Source: an uncultured Gammaproteobacteria bacterium (GTDB lineage Bacteria > Patescibacteriota > Patescibacteriia > Magasanikbacterales > UBA922). Taken from it: a DNA stretch of 64,000 bases. Made by a program: the position numbers and the translations under genes. Positions 1 through 10,367 of the stretch are shown here, piece after piece; the stretch's first letter is position 1, and each line of letters opens with the position of its first letter. The notes under the pieces were generated by a model. It worked only from the letters and a program-made list of their open reading frames with translations, had not been told where the DNA came from and did no database searches. The stretch spans positions 28,110 through 92,109 of the forward strand of contig CAYUTO010000001.1 in NCBI GenBank assembly GCA_964447765.1, read 5' to 3'.

Positions 1-1937
1 TTTTGTTTATCCATGATGTCTCGGAAGTCAAAACCAGACTTTTGTTGACCCATGATATTTCGCATCATTTCATTTTCCACGAATCGGCCTACTTTTGAAA
101 TGAGATATCCAAGCATTTCTGATTTATGGAAATCACTCGTTTTTGCCATTTCTTTTTCCCAGAATGCTCGGACCACGGGATCTTTTAATTTCACTAGATA
201 TTTTTTCACGTATGCGTCATCCGTAAACATGCGGGGGATATCGATGATCGTACCCGGATCATCGAGGTCTGCCATGAGAGTCAACATCACATTTCGCATG
301 TTGTGTTCAAACATTGGACCAATCATTTCTGGCGGAAACAACTTGTAGAAGATCGCGATCATTTCTTGCACGACAAAATCTTTTTCATCTTCGCTTTTTG
401 CCTCGAGCATGTTCAATCCTATGGGTCGTTCAAAATCAGAAGGATTGAAGATTACGACATCGTCAGCGCGTTCTTTGGGAATATGTTCGAGAACGTATTC
501 TGCAAAATCTCCGTGGGGATCAATGACCGCAACTCCTTTACCATTGATTACGTCCTGCACAGCCATGTTTTCGATAAACACTGATTTTCCACTTCCTGAT
601 TTACCGATAACATAGAGATGGCGTCTACGGTCTTCGTCTTTCATTTTTACAGGGTATTCCTGTCCGCGATAGATCACGCGTCCGAGATCGATACCGCTAG
701 TAGGAAGATTTGGTGGAGGTGGAGCTTTTCTTGCAAGCAGCCATTTGATATTTGGAGCTTCGGTCGAATGGAGGGGGAGATGCCAGAATCCTGCCATTTC
801 TTCGGTATTCACTACAGTCATTCGTTTTTCGTGAAATGAACGATAAATGAATGATCTGATAATACTTTGAGGATTTTTGGGCACTACCGCGCCAAGAGAA
901 TTCCCGTATCGATAGAGGTTGTACTGGGCAAATGAATTTACAATATTATCTAGATTGAGACTTGCAAGCTCTGCATTGTCGGAAGCTGATATGACTCTCA
1001 TGGTCACTTCCAATCCTCCTTTGATTAATTTTTCTTCAATCCCTTTCATCATCTCTTCTTCAAGTCCCGAGAGTTGATAGCTTTCTTTTTCATTTTTTTG
1101 TTCTTGGGTGCTCAGTACTTGGCGACTTGCTTCTCTTCCTATTGATTGCAATAAATTTCCTAATTTATTTTTACCCCCAATTACTTCTTCGAAGTGTTTG
1201 CCCTTGCGTACTTCACGTACAATGCGCACACCTTCTTTTCGCCATTTTTTTTCGGCAACTCGAACTACATATTGGATTGCAGCTGAACCATTTCCTTCGC
1301 GTATTCGAGCTAGTGTATTCAATACTCCGGCTAGAGGATCTGAATCCATTTTTTTATACGTCTTGAAGGGGAGCGCTCCTACTGCTCTTCCTTTGAGGTA
1401 TGCTCCGACAATTGAACTGCGCTCTCCAAAAATATTATAATCAGTGATTTCTTCGATATGTGCGTACGGATACTGTGCATTGATTTGTTGCTCGATAAAC
1501 GCTTTGAGTTTTTGAGGAACTCCAATGTAAAAATTGATTAGATTGTTGTGCACGACGAGCTCAAATGAGATGTGGTCGTTTCTCCCTGTGAACCATGCTT
1601 TCAATCCGTGTTCTGGTTTGAGTCCTGCGAGAGTGGAGAAAAAAGTTTCAGTGATTCCAATTTCCTCCTTTACCTGCTCCAGTCGGTCTTCTTGCATATT
1701 GTTTGACCCTTCAGATTTTCGTTCTTTGGGAACCAAGATATGCAATACAATTCGATCGAATGCTTTTTGTACTTGGTGTAATGAATGGAGGACGCTGCGT
1801 ACAATAAAAACAATCGCGACAGTTGATATGAGAACTACCGCGATTAATATAATCGTAAAACTAGATATCGTAATACTCGGAGCAGTGAGCACGGGAGTTT
1901 CCGAAAATCCTGCCGTGAATTGGAGGATAGGTAGCAT
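1..1937 (-). CDS. Membrane-anchored P-loop ATPase of the conjugation/T4SS coupling-protein superfamily (VirD4/TraG/DUF87-HerA-like); the gene's 3' end (C-terminus) is cut by the window edge
   Basis: Open minus-strand frame from ATG (complement of 1935-1937) running off position 1. N-terminal TM helix, then Walker A HLYVIGKSGSGKS followed by VAVIDPHGDF (AAA_10/DUF87-like). Absent from the ORF track because no stop codon lies inside the window. Confidence 0.5.
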   Translation of the reverse strand, partial: MLPILQFTAGFSETPVLTAPSITISSFTIILIAVVLISTVAIVFIVRSVLHSLHQVQKAFDRIVLHILVPKERKSEGSNNMQEDRLEQVKEEIGITETFFSTLAGLKPEHGLKAWFTGRNDHISFELVVHNNLINFYIGVPQKLKAFIEQQINAQYPYAHIEEITDYNIFGERSSIVGAYLKGRAVGALPFKTYKKMDSDPLAGVLNTLARIREGNGSAAIQYVVRVAEKKWRKEGVRIVREVRKGKHFEEVIGGKNKLGNLLQSIGREASRQVLSTQEQKNEKESYQLSGLEEEMMKGIEEKLIKGGLEVTMRVISASDNAELASLNLDNIVNSFAQYNLYRYGNSLGAVVPKNPQSIIRSFIYRSFHEKRMTVVNTEEMAGFWHLPLHSTEAPNIKWLLARKAPPPPNLPTSGIDLGRVIYRGQEYPVKMKDEDRRRHLYVIGKSGSGKSVFIENMAVQDVINGKGVAVIDPHGDFAEYVLEHIPKERADDVVIFNPSDFERPIGLNMLEAKSEDEKDFVVQEMIAIFYKLFPPEMIGPMFEHNMRNVMLTLMADLDDPGTIIDIPRMFTDDAYVKKYLVKLKDPVVRAFWEKEMAKTSDFHKSEMLGYLISKVGRFVENEMMRNIMGQQKSGFDFRDIMDKQ

Positions 1938-1938
1938 A

Positions 1939-2511
1939 TTATTTGAAGTTTTGATGTTTTTTGAGTGTGAGAATTTTGTCTGCTTTGATCTTTGCTTCCT
2001 GTTCGATAAAAAATTTATTTACCCCTGGAAGTATACGGAGCCACTCTACAAGTAGTTTGAAAACTTCTTTTACTTTTATATGCGTCTTTTTGAAGAGTTC
2101 GCGGATTTTCCATGCAGTTTCTTCGCCTTTAATTTTGAATTCTTGTTTTTGAACCGTAGTCATTTCGCGATACGCATCTCCCAAACCTTCTTCCATAATT
2201 TTTTCTACTCGAAGTGTAAACTCATCTTTCACGGTAGGGATTATAGTCTTCTTTTTTTTGCTCATTTTCAATTTTCCCGTCAGATTTTTTATCGCTGATT
2301 CAATATTTTCAGTTTTTGTTTCGGGAAGATCTATTTTTTGTTCTTTTGTTTCTAGTGTTTTTTGGATTTCAGGAGTAGGGGATACTGAATAAGACTCAGT
2401 CGGTGGAGTTTCTCTCTTAATTTGAAATGAATTGCTTTCAGTCGTGCCAATTCCAGGTTGTTCGGTAAATTTTTTTGAATCTCGACCGTCACGTAGGGTC
2501 ATAAATGACAA
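1939..2511 (-). CDS. Hypothetical Lys/Glu-rich protein, abutting the ATPase gene downstream (1-nt gap)
   Basis: 190-aa ORF, highly charged (K/E-rich). Its stop codon directly abuts the ATPase start, so the two are probably co-transcribed. Confidence 0.4.
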   Translation of the reverse strand: MSFMTLRDGRDSKKFTEQPGIGTTESNSFQIKRETPPTESYSVSPTPEIQKTLETKEQKIDLPETKTENIESAIKNLTGKLKMSKKKKTIIPTVKDEFTLRVEKIMEEGLGDAYREMTTVQKQEFKIKGEETAWKIRELFKKTHIKVKEVFKLLVEWLRILPGVNKFFIEQEAKIKADKILTLKKHQNFK

Positions 2512-2583
2512 GAAAAAAGCGCAGAAATATCTAGCGCTTAATAGTATACCAAAAAATAAATTGTTTAGCTACAAATAGAGAAG

Positions 2584-3975
2584 TTATGTGCGTGGCACTA
2601 TTCGTTGTCCTTCCGGAGCATCTTCAATTTCAAAACCAAGAGAGATTATTTTGTCGCGGAGCTCATCGCTTAGTGCCCAATTTTTTTCTTTGCGAGCAGT
2701 TTCTCGTTCTTTCATTAATATGGTTACTGCTTCAGGAATTTCTACTTCATTCTTCTGAATATTATTGAGTCCTAACCCAAGAACTGTGTCGAATTCATAC
2801 GCAGTTGCGAGTTTTACTTCTTTTGACAAGTCAGACTTCAACATTTCGTGAAGTACTGCTATTGCTTGAGGTGTATTTAAATCTTCAGCTAGGTGTTCAT
2901 TGAATTTTGATAGGTATTTTTTATCTGACACCCTAACAACACTTCCGAGTGACTGAATCGTGCGGTAGAGATTAGTTAAACCTTTTTCTGCTGCATCGAG
3001 TGCGTCCCATGAAAAACTGAGCTGCTTTCGGTAGTGTGCTTGAAGTAGTAAATAGCGGTAGGCGAGCGGGGAATAACCTTTTTCAATCAATGTATCAATC
3101 GTAATAAAATTATTGTCTGATTTTGACATCTTACTATCTTCAATCAAAAGAAATTCTCCATGCATCCAGTAGTTTACCCATGGATGATTGGCTCCTGCGC
3201 ATTCTGCTTGTGCAATCTCATTGGTATGATGAACAGGAATATGATCAATTCCTCCACAGTGGATATCAAAATGATTTCCCAAATATTTCATACTCATTGC
3301 CGAGCATTCGATGTGCCAGCCAGGGAATCCCATTCTTCCGAAAGCAGCCCACTCCATTTGTCTTTTTTCATTGGGACTAGAAAATTTCCACAGTGCAAAA
3401 TCGTGTGCATTTTTTTTCTCGCCCAATTCCACACGTACTCCAGCCTGTAGCTCTTGTTTGTGGAGTAGTGCCATTTCTCCATATTGAGGAAATTTGGTTG
3501 TGTCAAAATAAATACCATCACTAGTTTCGTAGGTAAAACCGTTATCAATTAGAGTCTGTACTTGAGTAATTTGTTCGGTGATATGATCCGTAGCTTTGCA
3601 CCAGATATCGGGGGGTAAGATATTGAGCTTGAGTGTGTGATTTTTGAATGCTGCAGTATAATGTTCAGCGATTTCCCATGCAGTTTTTCCTTCCCGTTTT
3701 GCCCCTTTTTCCATCTTATCTTCCCCTGTATCATCATCGCCGGATAGATGTCCTACGTCGGTAATATTCATGACATGCTTCACTTCATATCCATGTGCGG
3801 TAAGGGTACGTCGTAGAATATCTTCGAAAACGTATGTTCGCAGATTTCCAATATGTGCATAGTCATATACTGTAGGTCCGCATGTATAGAGACCAACTTT
3901 TTTTTCTGTTTCATTGATCGCTTGGAATGGTACAATTGTTCGAGTGAGGGTGTTGTAGAGATGGAGTTCGGGCAT
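2584..3975 (-). CDS. cysS: Cysteine--tRNA ligase
   Basis: HIGH-region [13 protein letters not shown] and KMSKS motif. The ORF-track start at 4059 is probably too long; an internal Met (MPELHLYNT) at 3975 fits the CysRS N-terminus. Confidence 0.9.
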   Translation of the reverse strand: MPELHLYNTLTRTIVPFQAINETEKKVGLYTCGPTVYDYAHIGNLRTYVFEDILRRTLTAHGYEVKHVMNITDVGHLSGDDDTGEDKMEKGAKREGKTAWEIAEHYTAAFKNHTLKLNILPPDIWCKATDHITEQITQVQTLIDNGFTYETSDGIYFDTTKFPQYGEMALLHKQELQAGVRVELGEKKNAHDFALWKFSSPNEKRQMEWAAFGRMGFPGWHIECSAMSMKYLGNHFDIHCGGIDHIPVHHTNEIAQAECAGANHPWVNYWMHGEFLLIEDSKMSKSDNNFITIDTLIEKGYSPLAYRYLLLQAHYRKQLSFSWDALDAAEKGLTNLYRTIQSLGSVVRVSDKKYLSKFNEHLAEDLNTPQAIAVLHEMLKSDLSKEVKLATAYEFDTVLGLGLNNIQKNEVEIPEAVTILMKERETARKEKNWALSDELRDKIISLGFEIEDAPEGQRIVPRT

Positions 3976-4116
3976 AGCGATAATTAGTTGTCTAGTTTTG
4001 TTTTCGGCTAGTTTAGTGTACCTGAGAGTATTTTTTCTGTAAATATCAACTTTTCCCATTGATTGTTTGAATCCGTATGCTATAATAATTCTATTAGTTA
4101 TTAATCAGTTTGAATT

Positions 4117-4461
4117 ATGCTTTTTCTCCTTCGAATTGTGCTGAACGCTGGCGTACTTCTGCTTATTTCAAATATTGTTGAGGGTATCAAACTCGGGGGA
4201 TGGTGGTCAGCAATTGTGACCGTAATCGTCCTTGGAATTGTTAATGCTTTGATTCGACCGTTGATTCTTATTTTGACTTTACCGGTAAACATTTTAACAC
4301 TTGGACTGTTCACTTTTGTTATTAACGCACTCATGTTCTGGTTTGCTTCATCAATTGTCAAAGGATTTGAAGTCGCTGGATTCTGGCCGGCATTTTGGGG
4401 CGCTTTGTTATTTAGTATTGCAAGTTGGCTTATTTCAACTCTAGTCTCCAAAAGAGACTAG
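4117..4461 (+). CDS. Small 4-TM membrane protein, phage-holin-4_2 / YvlD-like family (putative)
   Basis: 114 aa with four hydrophobic segments and GxxxG-like packing typical of the PF04020 family. The overlapping antisense ORF 4101-4451 is rejected. A hairpin plus T-run terminator overlaps the stop. Confidence 0.45.
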   Translation: MLFLLRIVLNAGVLLLISNIVEGIKLGGWWSAIVTVIVLGIVNALIRPLILILTLPVNILTLGLFTFVINALMFWFASSIVKGFEVAGFWPAFWGALLFSIASWLISTLVSKRD

Positions 4462-4468
4462 TTTTTGT
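4436..4468 (+). terminator. Rho-independent terminator (CTAGTCTC-caaaa-GAGACTAG plus T-run)
   Basis: Perfect 8-bp stem followed by TTTTTGT. Confidence 0.6.
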
Positions 4469-4569
4469 ATGAAGAAGTATAGCTCGAATCGTGCGGGGAA
4501 AGGGCGAGTAGCCTATCGTACGTCGAGCGGATTTAAGGTACGTGCTAGTCAATTTAATAAAATACGTAT

Positions 4570-5277
4570 ATGGCGAAACGACAAACCAAAATACTCTCCA
4601 TTGGAGGCTCGATCATTATCCCTGCGACCGGATTCGATATCGGTTTCCTCAAAAAATTCAAAGCACTTATCCTCGGAGAAGTAAAAAAAGGAACACGATT
4701 TATTCTAGTAATTGGTGGGGGAGTTACTGCACGTACCTATCAAGCTGGACTCAAAGCATTGGTTGGTAGTGATAATCGGACACTTGATTTGATTGGAATT
4801 GAAACTACGAGACTTAATGCAAATTTTGTTCGTTTATTTTTTGGTGAACATGCATACGGAGAAGTTATTTTTGATCCGACCAAGCCGGTAAAAACATCAA
4901 AATCTATTATTGTTGCGTGCGGATGGAAACCGGGATGTAGTACCGATGCTGATGCAGTGCTTCTGGCACGAGCATATGGAGCAAAAGAATTGGTGAATGT
5001 GTCGAATATTGAATATGTATATACCAAAGATCCAAATAAGTTTCCTGATGCAGAAAAGGTAGAAGTGATTGATTGGAAAACGTATCGTAGTGAAATTGTA
5101 GGTGACACATGGACACCAGGGAAAAATTCGCCGTTTGATCCTATCGCAAGTAGAGATGCAGAGAAATTTGGAATGAATGTATCAATTGTTCGCGGAAGTG
5201 ATTTGGGTGAAGTGAAGAAGGCGATTCAGGGAAAGAAATTTAAGGGGACCGTTATTAAGCCATTTATCGAATTGTAA
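4570..5277 (+). CDS. pyrH: Uridylate (UMP) kinase, amino-acid-kinase family
   Basis: 235 aa; glycine-rich motifs SIGGSII and VIGGGVTARTY, and overall UMPK-like layout. Confidence 0.75.
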   Translation: MAKRQTKILSIGGSIIIPATGFDIGFLKKFKALILGEVKKGTRFILVIGGGVTARTYQAGLKALVGSDNRTLDLIGIETTRLNANFVRLFFGEHAYGEVIFDPTKPVKTSKSIIVACGWKPGCSTDADAVLLARAYGAKELVNVSNIEYVYTKDPNKFPDAEKVEVIDWKTYRSEIVGDTWTPGKNSPFDPIASRDAEKFGMNVSIVRGSDLGEVKKAIQGKKFKGTVIKPFIEL

Positions 5278-5378
5278 TAGTATAATTTATTTAAACGAGG
5301 TTAAGTCTATTGACTTTCTCATATTTTTGTATTAACGTATTTTTTCCTCCCATTTCACGAGGAGGAAAAGGAGTAGGT

Positions 5379-5696
5379 GTGGGTAAACAGAAACGTCCGA
5401 TACTGGAAGTGCTGTGTGGTAACATGGAGGAGATCATGAAGCAGATCGGCACGATCACTCCTAATACCAAAGTTCATGGAGATCTTCAGAGACATTCATT
5501 CGATAAGTTGGACCGTTTGGTCATCTCTCTGGTGTCTTTGAACAAGGTCCTCCACATGTCGGATCTCAACGAAGCAGATCAACATTATGTTGCAGAAAGT
5601 ACTCGCCGGTGCAAGGATATCAGGTATGCTTTTCCTGAACCGGTGAAGACGGCGTTCGACAAAATGGTAGAACCCTTTGGGTTCGGTATCCACTAG
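5379..5696 (+). CDS. Hypothetical small protein, GC-rich cassette A
   Basis: GTG start preceded by AGGAGG/AAGGAG; ~105 aa. Sequence is clearly GC-richer than its neighbours. A terminator hairpin (ACCCGGCTGC..GCAGTCGGGT plus T-run) follows at about 5735-5770. Confidence 0.45.
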   Translation: MGKQKRPILEVLCGNMEEIMKQIGTITPNTKVHGDLQRHSFDKLDRLVISLVSLNKVLHMSDLNEADQHYVAESTRRCKDIRYAFPEPVKTAFDKMVEPFGFGIH

Positions 5697-5955
5697 CTCG
5701 GTTCCTGTTCGGAACTAGAGCGTGCCTTGGTAGACCCGGCTGCATCTCGCAGTCGGGTTTGTTCGTTTATTGACTAATAAATCTATCATACAAAAACACC
5801 GCTCGTAGGTTCTCCTTTTGCTAAATCCGATATGTATCAGATTTAGTAATGGGGATGCGAGCGGTGTTTTGCCAACTTCCCCAAGGTCTCGCAAGTGCGA
5901 GCTAATTCGGCTGTGACGCCTACATTTATTTCGGGGGATGTTGTGCTTGAAAGGC

Positions 5956-6213
5956 TTAGAAGCCTGCGTCGCTTAGAAACTTCGCAGTCTCTGCGGTATC
6001 GAGAGGTTGGTCGGTGTCCTCCGTGTTGTGTTGGTTGGTTCTCGCGGAAGGTGTAGTCGAGTCTATCTTGAGGATCTTGTTATCCTTGTAGCGGTTCCAG
6101 GACCATTCTTGAGTTAGTACCACGATGAGGATGATGAGGACGAATCCACCTATGATACAAGCAGTCATTGTGATTTCTCTCTCGGATGTGACGGTTAGAG
6201 AGGTGTGCCACAA
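5956..6213 (-). CDS. Hypothetical small single-TM protein, GC-rich cassette B, convergent with cassette A
   Basis: ORF of 85 aa (70 aa from an internal Met) with one hydrophobic helix (ACIIGGFVLIILIVVL) and an acidic tail. A short hairpin AGGCTTagaAGCCT follows the stop. Confidence 0.35.
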   Translation of the reverse strand: MWHTSLTVTSEREITMTACIIGGFVLIILIVVLTQEWSWNRYKDNKILKIDSTTPSARTNQHNTEDTDQPLDTAETAKFLSDAGF

Positions 6214-6302
6214 AAACTAATTATAGACCGATTACTTATCTTGTCAATTAATTTACAGGTAATCTTGAAAGTTTGTGAACAATACTGTACGCTCAGGTAA
6301 GT

Positions 6303-8102
6303 ATGAATGATGATATTTCTCGTATTAAAGAGAAAATTGATGTCGTGGATTTGATTTCTGAATACGTGCAATTGAAACCCTCGGGGATCAATCACAAGGG
6401 GCTGTGTCCTTTGCACAATGAGAAATCACCTTCGTTTATGGTCAATCGCGAACGTCAGAGTTGGCATTGTTTTGGTTGTGCAAAAGGCGGAGATATCTTT
6501 ACTTTTGTTCAAGAAATGGAAGGAATGGAATTCAGGGATGCACTTCGATTTTTGGCGGACAAGGCAGGTATACAATTGTCACAAATTGTAAGCACCGAAG
6601 AGACGACTCAGAAAAATCGTATCAAAGACATCAATCATGAAGCGGCAAAATTTTTTCATTATATTCTTTTGAAATTAGATCAATCAAAACCAGCGCTCGA
6701 CTATTTGTTTACTCGTGGACTTACGAGAGAAACCATTGAAGCTTGGCAAGTAGGGTTTGTTCCTGACCAATGGGATTTGCTCATCAAATATTTACTCAAA
6801 AAAGGGCATTCAATTGACGATATTCTTGCAAGTGGACTGGTAATCAAAAAAGATAGTGCCGATGCGCGAAGCGGAAGAGGGTATTATGATCGATTTCGTG
6901 GACGTATTATGTTTCCGATTTGGGACGCGCATGACACGGTAGTTGGGTTTACCGGGCGTGTGCTTGTGGAAACTGAACATAGTGGGGGAAAATATGTGAA
7001 CACTCCTCAGACGATGTTGTATGATAAATCTCGTGTACTTTTTGGATTACATAAAGCAAAGCGTGAAATCAAAGCAAAAGATTTGATTGTTATGGTCGAG
7101 GGGCAAATGGATGTAATTGCGTGTCATCAAGCAGGAATGACGAATGTCGTTGCAACGAGTGGTACTGCGTTGACTGAGCATCAAGTAAAATTATTGAAAC
7201 GATATTCCGTAAATGTAAACATGGCTTTTGATTCAGATGCTGCAGGAGTGGCTGCGGCAAAGCGTGGTATTGATTTATTGATTGAAGATGGAATGAATAT
7301 AAAGGTAATTCAGATTCCCGAAGGCAAAGGAAAAGATCCTGATGAATGTATTCAAAAAAATAAAGACGTGTGGTTTGAATCAGTTGCGAGCGCGAAAGAT
7401 ATTATGCAGTGGTATTTTGATCGATCGTTTAAAGATAAAAATCTTGTTGATCCAAAAGCAAAACAACAGATTGCAAATGAACTACTTCTCGAAATTTCCC
7501 GAATTCCCTATGCAGTTGAGCGGGATCACTGGATTTCTTTGTTGTCACATCGTTTGCAGGTGGATGTATCTGTGCTTCGTGAAGATATTACCCGTATTTT
7601 GCGGGATCAGCGTAAAACCATTCCCACTCGTGCCGCAGTAAAAGAGTCGATTCTCCCTGAAGCAAAGGTTGATCGGATTGTGACCCTCTCTGATAGGTTT
7701 TTTGCCCTTCTTAGTATTGACCCGACTTTAACCCTCAAAATACCAGAGAATTTTTTTACGATTGATACGTTTTCCACAGTAGTACAGCAGGACCTTTACG
7801 AAACCCTCAAAATAGCCTATACTCAGCGTATACTGTGTGATTTTACACATGTCCGAGAGCGATATACACAAGCTAACGCAGAAAATCCAATAGACATACT
7901 TCTTCTCATGGGTGAGAAGGAGTTTTCTGATTTTACGGCAGCGGCTCGTGAAGACGAACTCTCGACGCTCGTTTCGCAGATACGATCCGAATGGATCAAG
8001 CGCAAACGTAGTAGTGTGCAAAATGCACTCGCAGAAGCAGAAGCGGCAGGCGATAGTAGTCGAATTGATTCACTACTTCGCTCTCTCGCGCAATTTCAGT
8101 AA
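6303..8102 (+). CDS. dnaG: DNA primase
   Basis: CHC2 zinc finger ([11 protein letters not shown]...HCFGCAKGG) and a TOPRIM region; immediately upstream of rpoD, the classic gene order. Confidence 0.9.
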   Translation: MNDDISRIKEKIDVVDLISEYVQLKPSGINHKGLCPLHNEKSPSFMVNRERQSWHCFGCAKGGDIFTFVQEMEGMEFRDALRFLADKAGIQLSQIVSTEETTQKNRIKDINHEAAKFFHYILLKLDQSKPALDYLFTRGLTRETIEAWQVGFVPDQWDLLIKYLLKKGHSIDDILASGLVIKKDSADARSGRGYYDRFRGRIMFPIWDAHDTVVGFTGRVLVETEHSGGKYVNTPQTMLYDKSRVLFGLHKAKREIKAKDLIVMVEGQMDVIACHQAGMTNVVATSGTALTEHQVKLLKRYSVNVNMAFDSDAAGVAAAKRGIDLLIEDGMNIKVIQIPEGKGKDPDECIQKNKDVWFESVASAKDIMQWYFDRSFKDKNLVDPKAKQQIANELLLEISRIPYAVERDHWISLLSHRLQVDVSVLREDITRILRDQRKTIPTRAAVKESILPEAKVDRIVTLSDRFFALLSIDPTLTLKIPENFFTIDTFSTVVQQDLYETLKIAYTQRILCDFTHVRERYTQANAENPIDILLLMGEKEFSDFTAAAREDELSTLVSQIRSEWIKRKRSSVQNALAEAEAAGDSSRIDSLLRSLAQFQ

Positions 8103-8131
8103 GTTTAGTCAGTGTAATCATTGTTATCGTC

Positions 8132-9487
8132 ATGGCCAAGAAACCAACGACAACTAAACATTCGCCCAAGGCGAAAAAACGTACCAATACTGCTTCAAAA
8201 AAAGCAGTACCATCGGCACTTAGTGCCAAAGCCCACACACGCCGTATCGGCGGGGCAAAACCAGCGCGTCAGTTTAAGAAAAATCCTCGATTGAATCGAG
8301 GAAATCAAGGTAAGAAAAAGTTTGTACGTAATTTTCAGCAGCCGGTTAAGCGAAAATCTGAACAAGATATTCCTCTTCCTCCGACCGCTGATCAGATTCA
8401 TGAGTTTGTAACCAAGGGGCGTAATCGAGGATTTCTTACTGAAAAAGAAGTCTTATTGAAGTTTCCTCGGGCTGAACTTTATCTTGATTTGTACGAGTAT
8501 TTTCTTAATCTCATGGATAAGAATAGTATCTCTCTTGTCGAAGGTCAGGAAGGGCTATTGGGAGGAAACCATACGGTTGAAAAGAAGCGTGCGATGCTTC
8601 AGGGTTTCCAGGGTGAACAGCCAGACAAAGAGAGTGGTTCATATTTTGATCTTGGTAGTATTTCACAAGATTCTATTCAGATGTATTTACGTGAAATCGG
8701 AAAAGTACATTTATTGAATGCTGAAGAAGAAATGTCACTCGCAAAACGCAAAGAACGTGGAGACAAAGAAGCAGAGCGCCGAATGATTGAGGCAAACTTG
8801 CGTCTGGTGGTTTCTATTGCAAAGAAATTTGTGGGAAAACAATTATCACTTCTCGATTTGATTCAGGAAGGAAATATTGGATTGTTCCGAGCGGTGAAAA
8901 AATTCGATTATCGTAAAGGGTTTAAATTTTCTACCTACGCAACGTGGTGGATCCGACAGGCGATCACACGTGCTCTTGCAGATCATTCTCGTACTATCCG
9001 TATTCCAGTGCACATGGTGGAAACGATCAATCGATTGCAGCAAGTATCGAGACGCTTGCTTCAAGATTTGGGACGTGATGGAACGCCTGAAGAAATTGCA
9101 GCTGAAATGGGAGAAGAAGTAGAAAAAGTCAAACATATTATCAAAATTTCACAAGATACCGTATCACTTGAAACATCAGTAGGGGATGATGACGATGACG
9201 ATACATCACTTTCTGACTTTATCGAGGATGTAAAAAATATCAGTCCGTCTGCAGCTGCAGGCTCTGAATTATTGAAAGATTATATCCGTGAGGCAATTCA
9301 AGATCTTTCTCCACGTGAGAAGAAGATTCTTGAAATGCGATTCGGACTCGATGATGGTGTTACTCATACACTTGAAGAAGTAGGAAAAGAATTTGGCGTG
9401 ACTCGTGAACGTATTCGTCAGATTGAAGCTAAGGCTATTGAGAAGATCAAGGGTTTTGAAGTGATTGAAAAACTCAGTGATTATTAA
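8132..9487 (+). CDS. rpoD: RNA polymerase primary sigma factor (sigma-70 family) with a basic N-terminal extension
   Basis: Region 2 ([41 protein letters not shown]), region 3 and region 4.2 HTH are all recognisable. Confidence 0.9.
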   Translation: MAKKPTTTKHSPKAKKRTNTASKKAVPSALSAKAHTRRIGGAKPARQFKKNPRLNRGNQGKKKFVRNFQQPVKRKSEQDIPLPPTADQIHEFVTKGRNRGFLTEKEVLLKFPRAELYLDLYEYFLNLMDKNSISLVEGQEGLLGGNHTVEKKRAMLQGFQGEQPDKESGSYFDLGSISQDSIQMYLREIGKVHLLNAEEEMSLAKRKERGDKEAERRMIEANLRLVVSIAKKFVGKQLSLLDLIQEGNIGLFRAVKKFDYRKGFKFSTYATWWIRQAITRALADHSRTIRIPVHMVETINRLQQVSRRLLQDLGRDGTPEEIAAEMGEEVEKVKHIIKISQDTVSLETSVGDDDDDDTSLSDFIEDVKNISPSAAAGSELLKDYIREAIQDLSPREKKILEMRFGLDDGVTHTLEEVGKEFGVTRERIRQIEAKAIEKIKGFEVIEKLSDY

Positions 9488-9507
9488 ACTGAAGTGGTAC
9501 TACAAAA

Positions 9508-9540
9508 TAAAAAACTGGCTTATTGCCAGTTTTTTATTTT
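9508..9540. terminator. Bidirectional rho-independent terminator between rpoD and sodA
   Basis: AAAAACTGGC-ttat-TGCCAGTTTTT hairpin with A/T runs on both sides. Confidence 0.65.
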
Positions 9541-9547
9541 GTAATCT

Positions 9548-10129
9548 TTATACAATGGTTACTACTTCCCACCATGCTTTGATATAGTCAGGACGTTTAT
9601 TTTGATATTTCAGATAGTACGCATGTTCCCATACGTCGAGACCTATAATCGGTGTGTGTCCTTGCATGTATGGAGAATCCTGGTTCGGCAGTGAATATGT
9701 TTTCAATTTTCCATTTTCATCACGCACGAGCCACGCCCATCCACTACCGAAATGTTTGGTTGCAAGTGCTGAAAATTGTTCTTTGAAAGAATCTACTGAA
9801 CCGAATTCAGTTTCGATTTCTTGTTTGAGGATTGTATCTTCATTTTTTGATGGACCCATGATTGACCAATAGAGGTTGTGGTTTACTAATCCTCCGCCGT
9901 GATTGCGGAGCATAGTGCGGTCAGCTTCTTCAACCTCAAGATTTTGTAGTGAGCCGAGAATTTCTTCAGCTGATTTTTCTTCGAGTCCAGGATATTTTTT
10001 TATGACGTCCAAAAATTTATCAAGATAGGTTTGGTGATGTTTGGTATAGTGAATTTCCATGGTCTTCGCATCGATGTGTGGTTCAAGAGCTGCGAAGTCG
10101 TACGGGAGTTGGTAGAGTTCGTGTTTCAT
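9548..10129 (-). CDS. sodA: Fe/Mn superoxide dismutase
   Basis: Characteristic HYTKHH and DVWEHAYY motifs. Confidence 0.9.
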   Translation of the reverse strand: MKHELYQLPYDFAALEPHIDAKTMEIHYTKHHQTYLDKFLDVIKKYPGLEEKSAEEILGSLQNLEVEEADRTMLRNHGGGLVNHNLYWSIMGPSKNEDTILKQEIETEFGSVDSFKEQFSALATKHFGSGWAWLVRDENGKLKTYSLPNQDSPYMQGHTPIIGLDVWEHAYYLKYQNKRPDYIKAWWEVVTIV

Positions 10130-10367
10130 ATAGAAAAAAGATTTAAAATTAAAGATTGAAGACTAAATATACCTGCTTTTAAAGCAGTTTTTTAAGTATG
10201 CTGATCTTCAGTCTTCAATCTTTAGTTGTAATTTTTATACTATACAAGTACGCCTTTGTTACGTCAAATGGTTAAATTGAAATAAATTCTTATCCACAAT
10301 TGTATCAATATAAAGCTCATGGTATACTTTGCCCCAAGCTTTTATTATTCATTAATCTGAAGATTTT

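Noticed and set aside
1534-2055. 173-aa plus-strand ORF
   Set aside because: It overlaps the minus-strand ATPase and K/E-rich genes and is treated as a shadow ORF.
3976-4059. N-terminal 28-residue extension of the cysS ORF
   Set aside because: The extension has no CysRS homology, and an internal Met at 3975 gives a canonical N-terminus.
4469-4684. 71-aa Lys-rich ORF upstream of and overlapping pyrH
   Set aside because: It overlaps the pyrH start and has low-complexity basic composition, so it is probably leader sequence. However, the GC-rich 4480-4560 stretch with CGTACG palindromes could still be a regulatory RNA.
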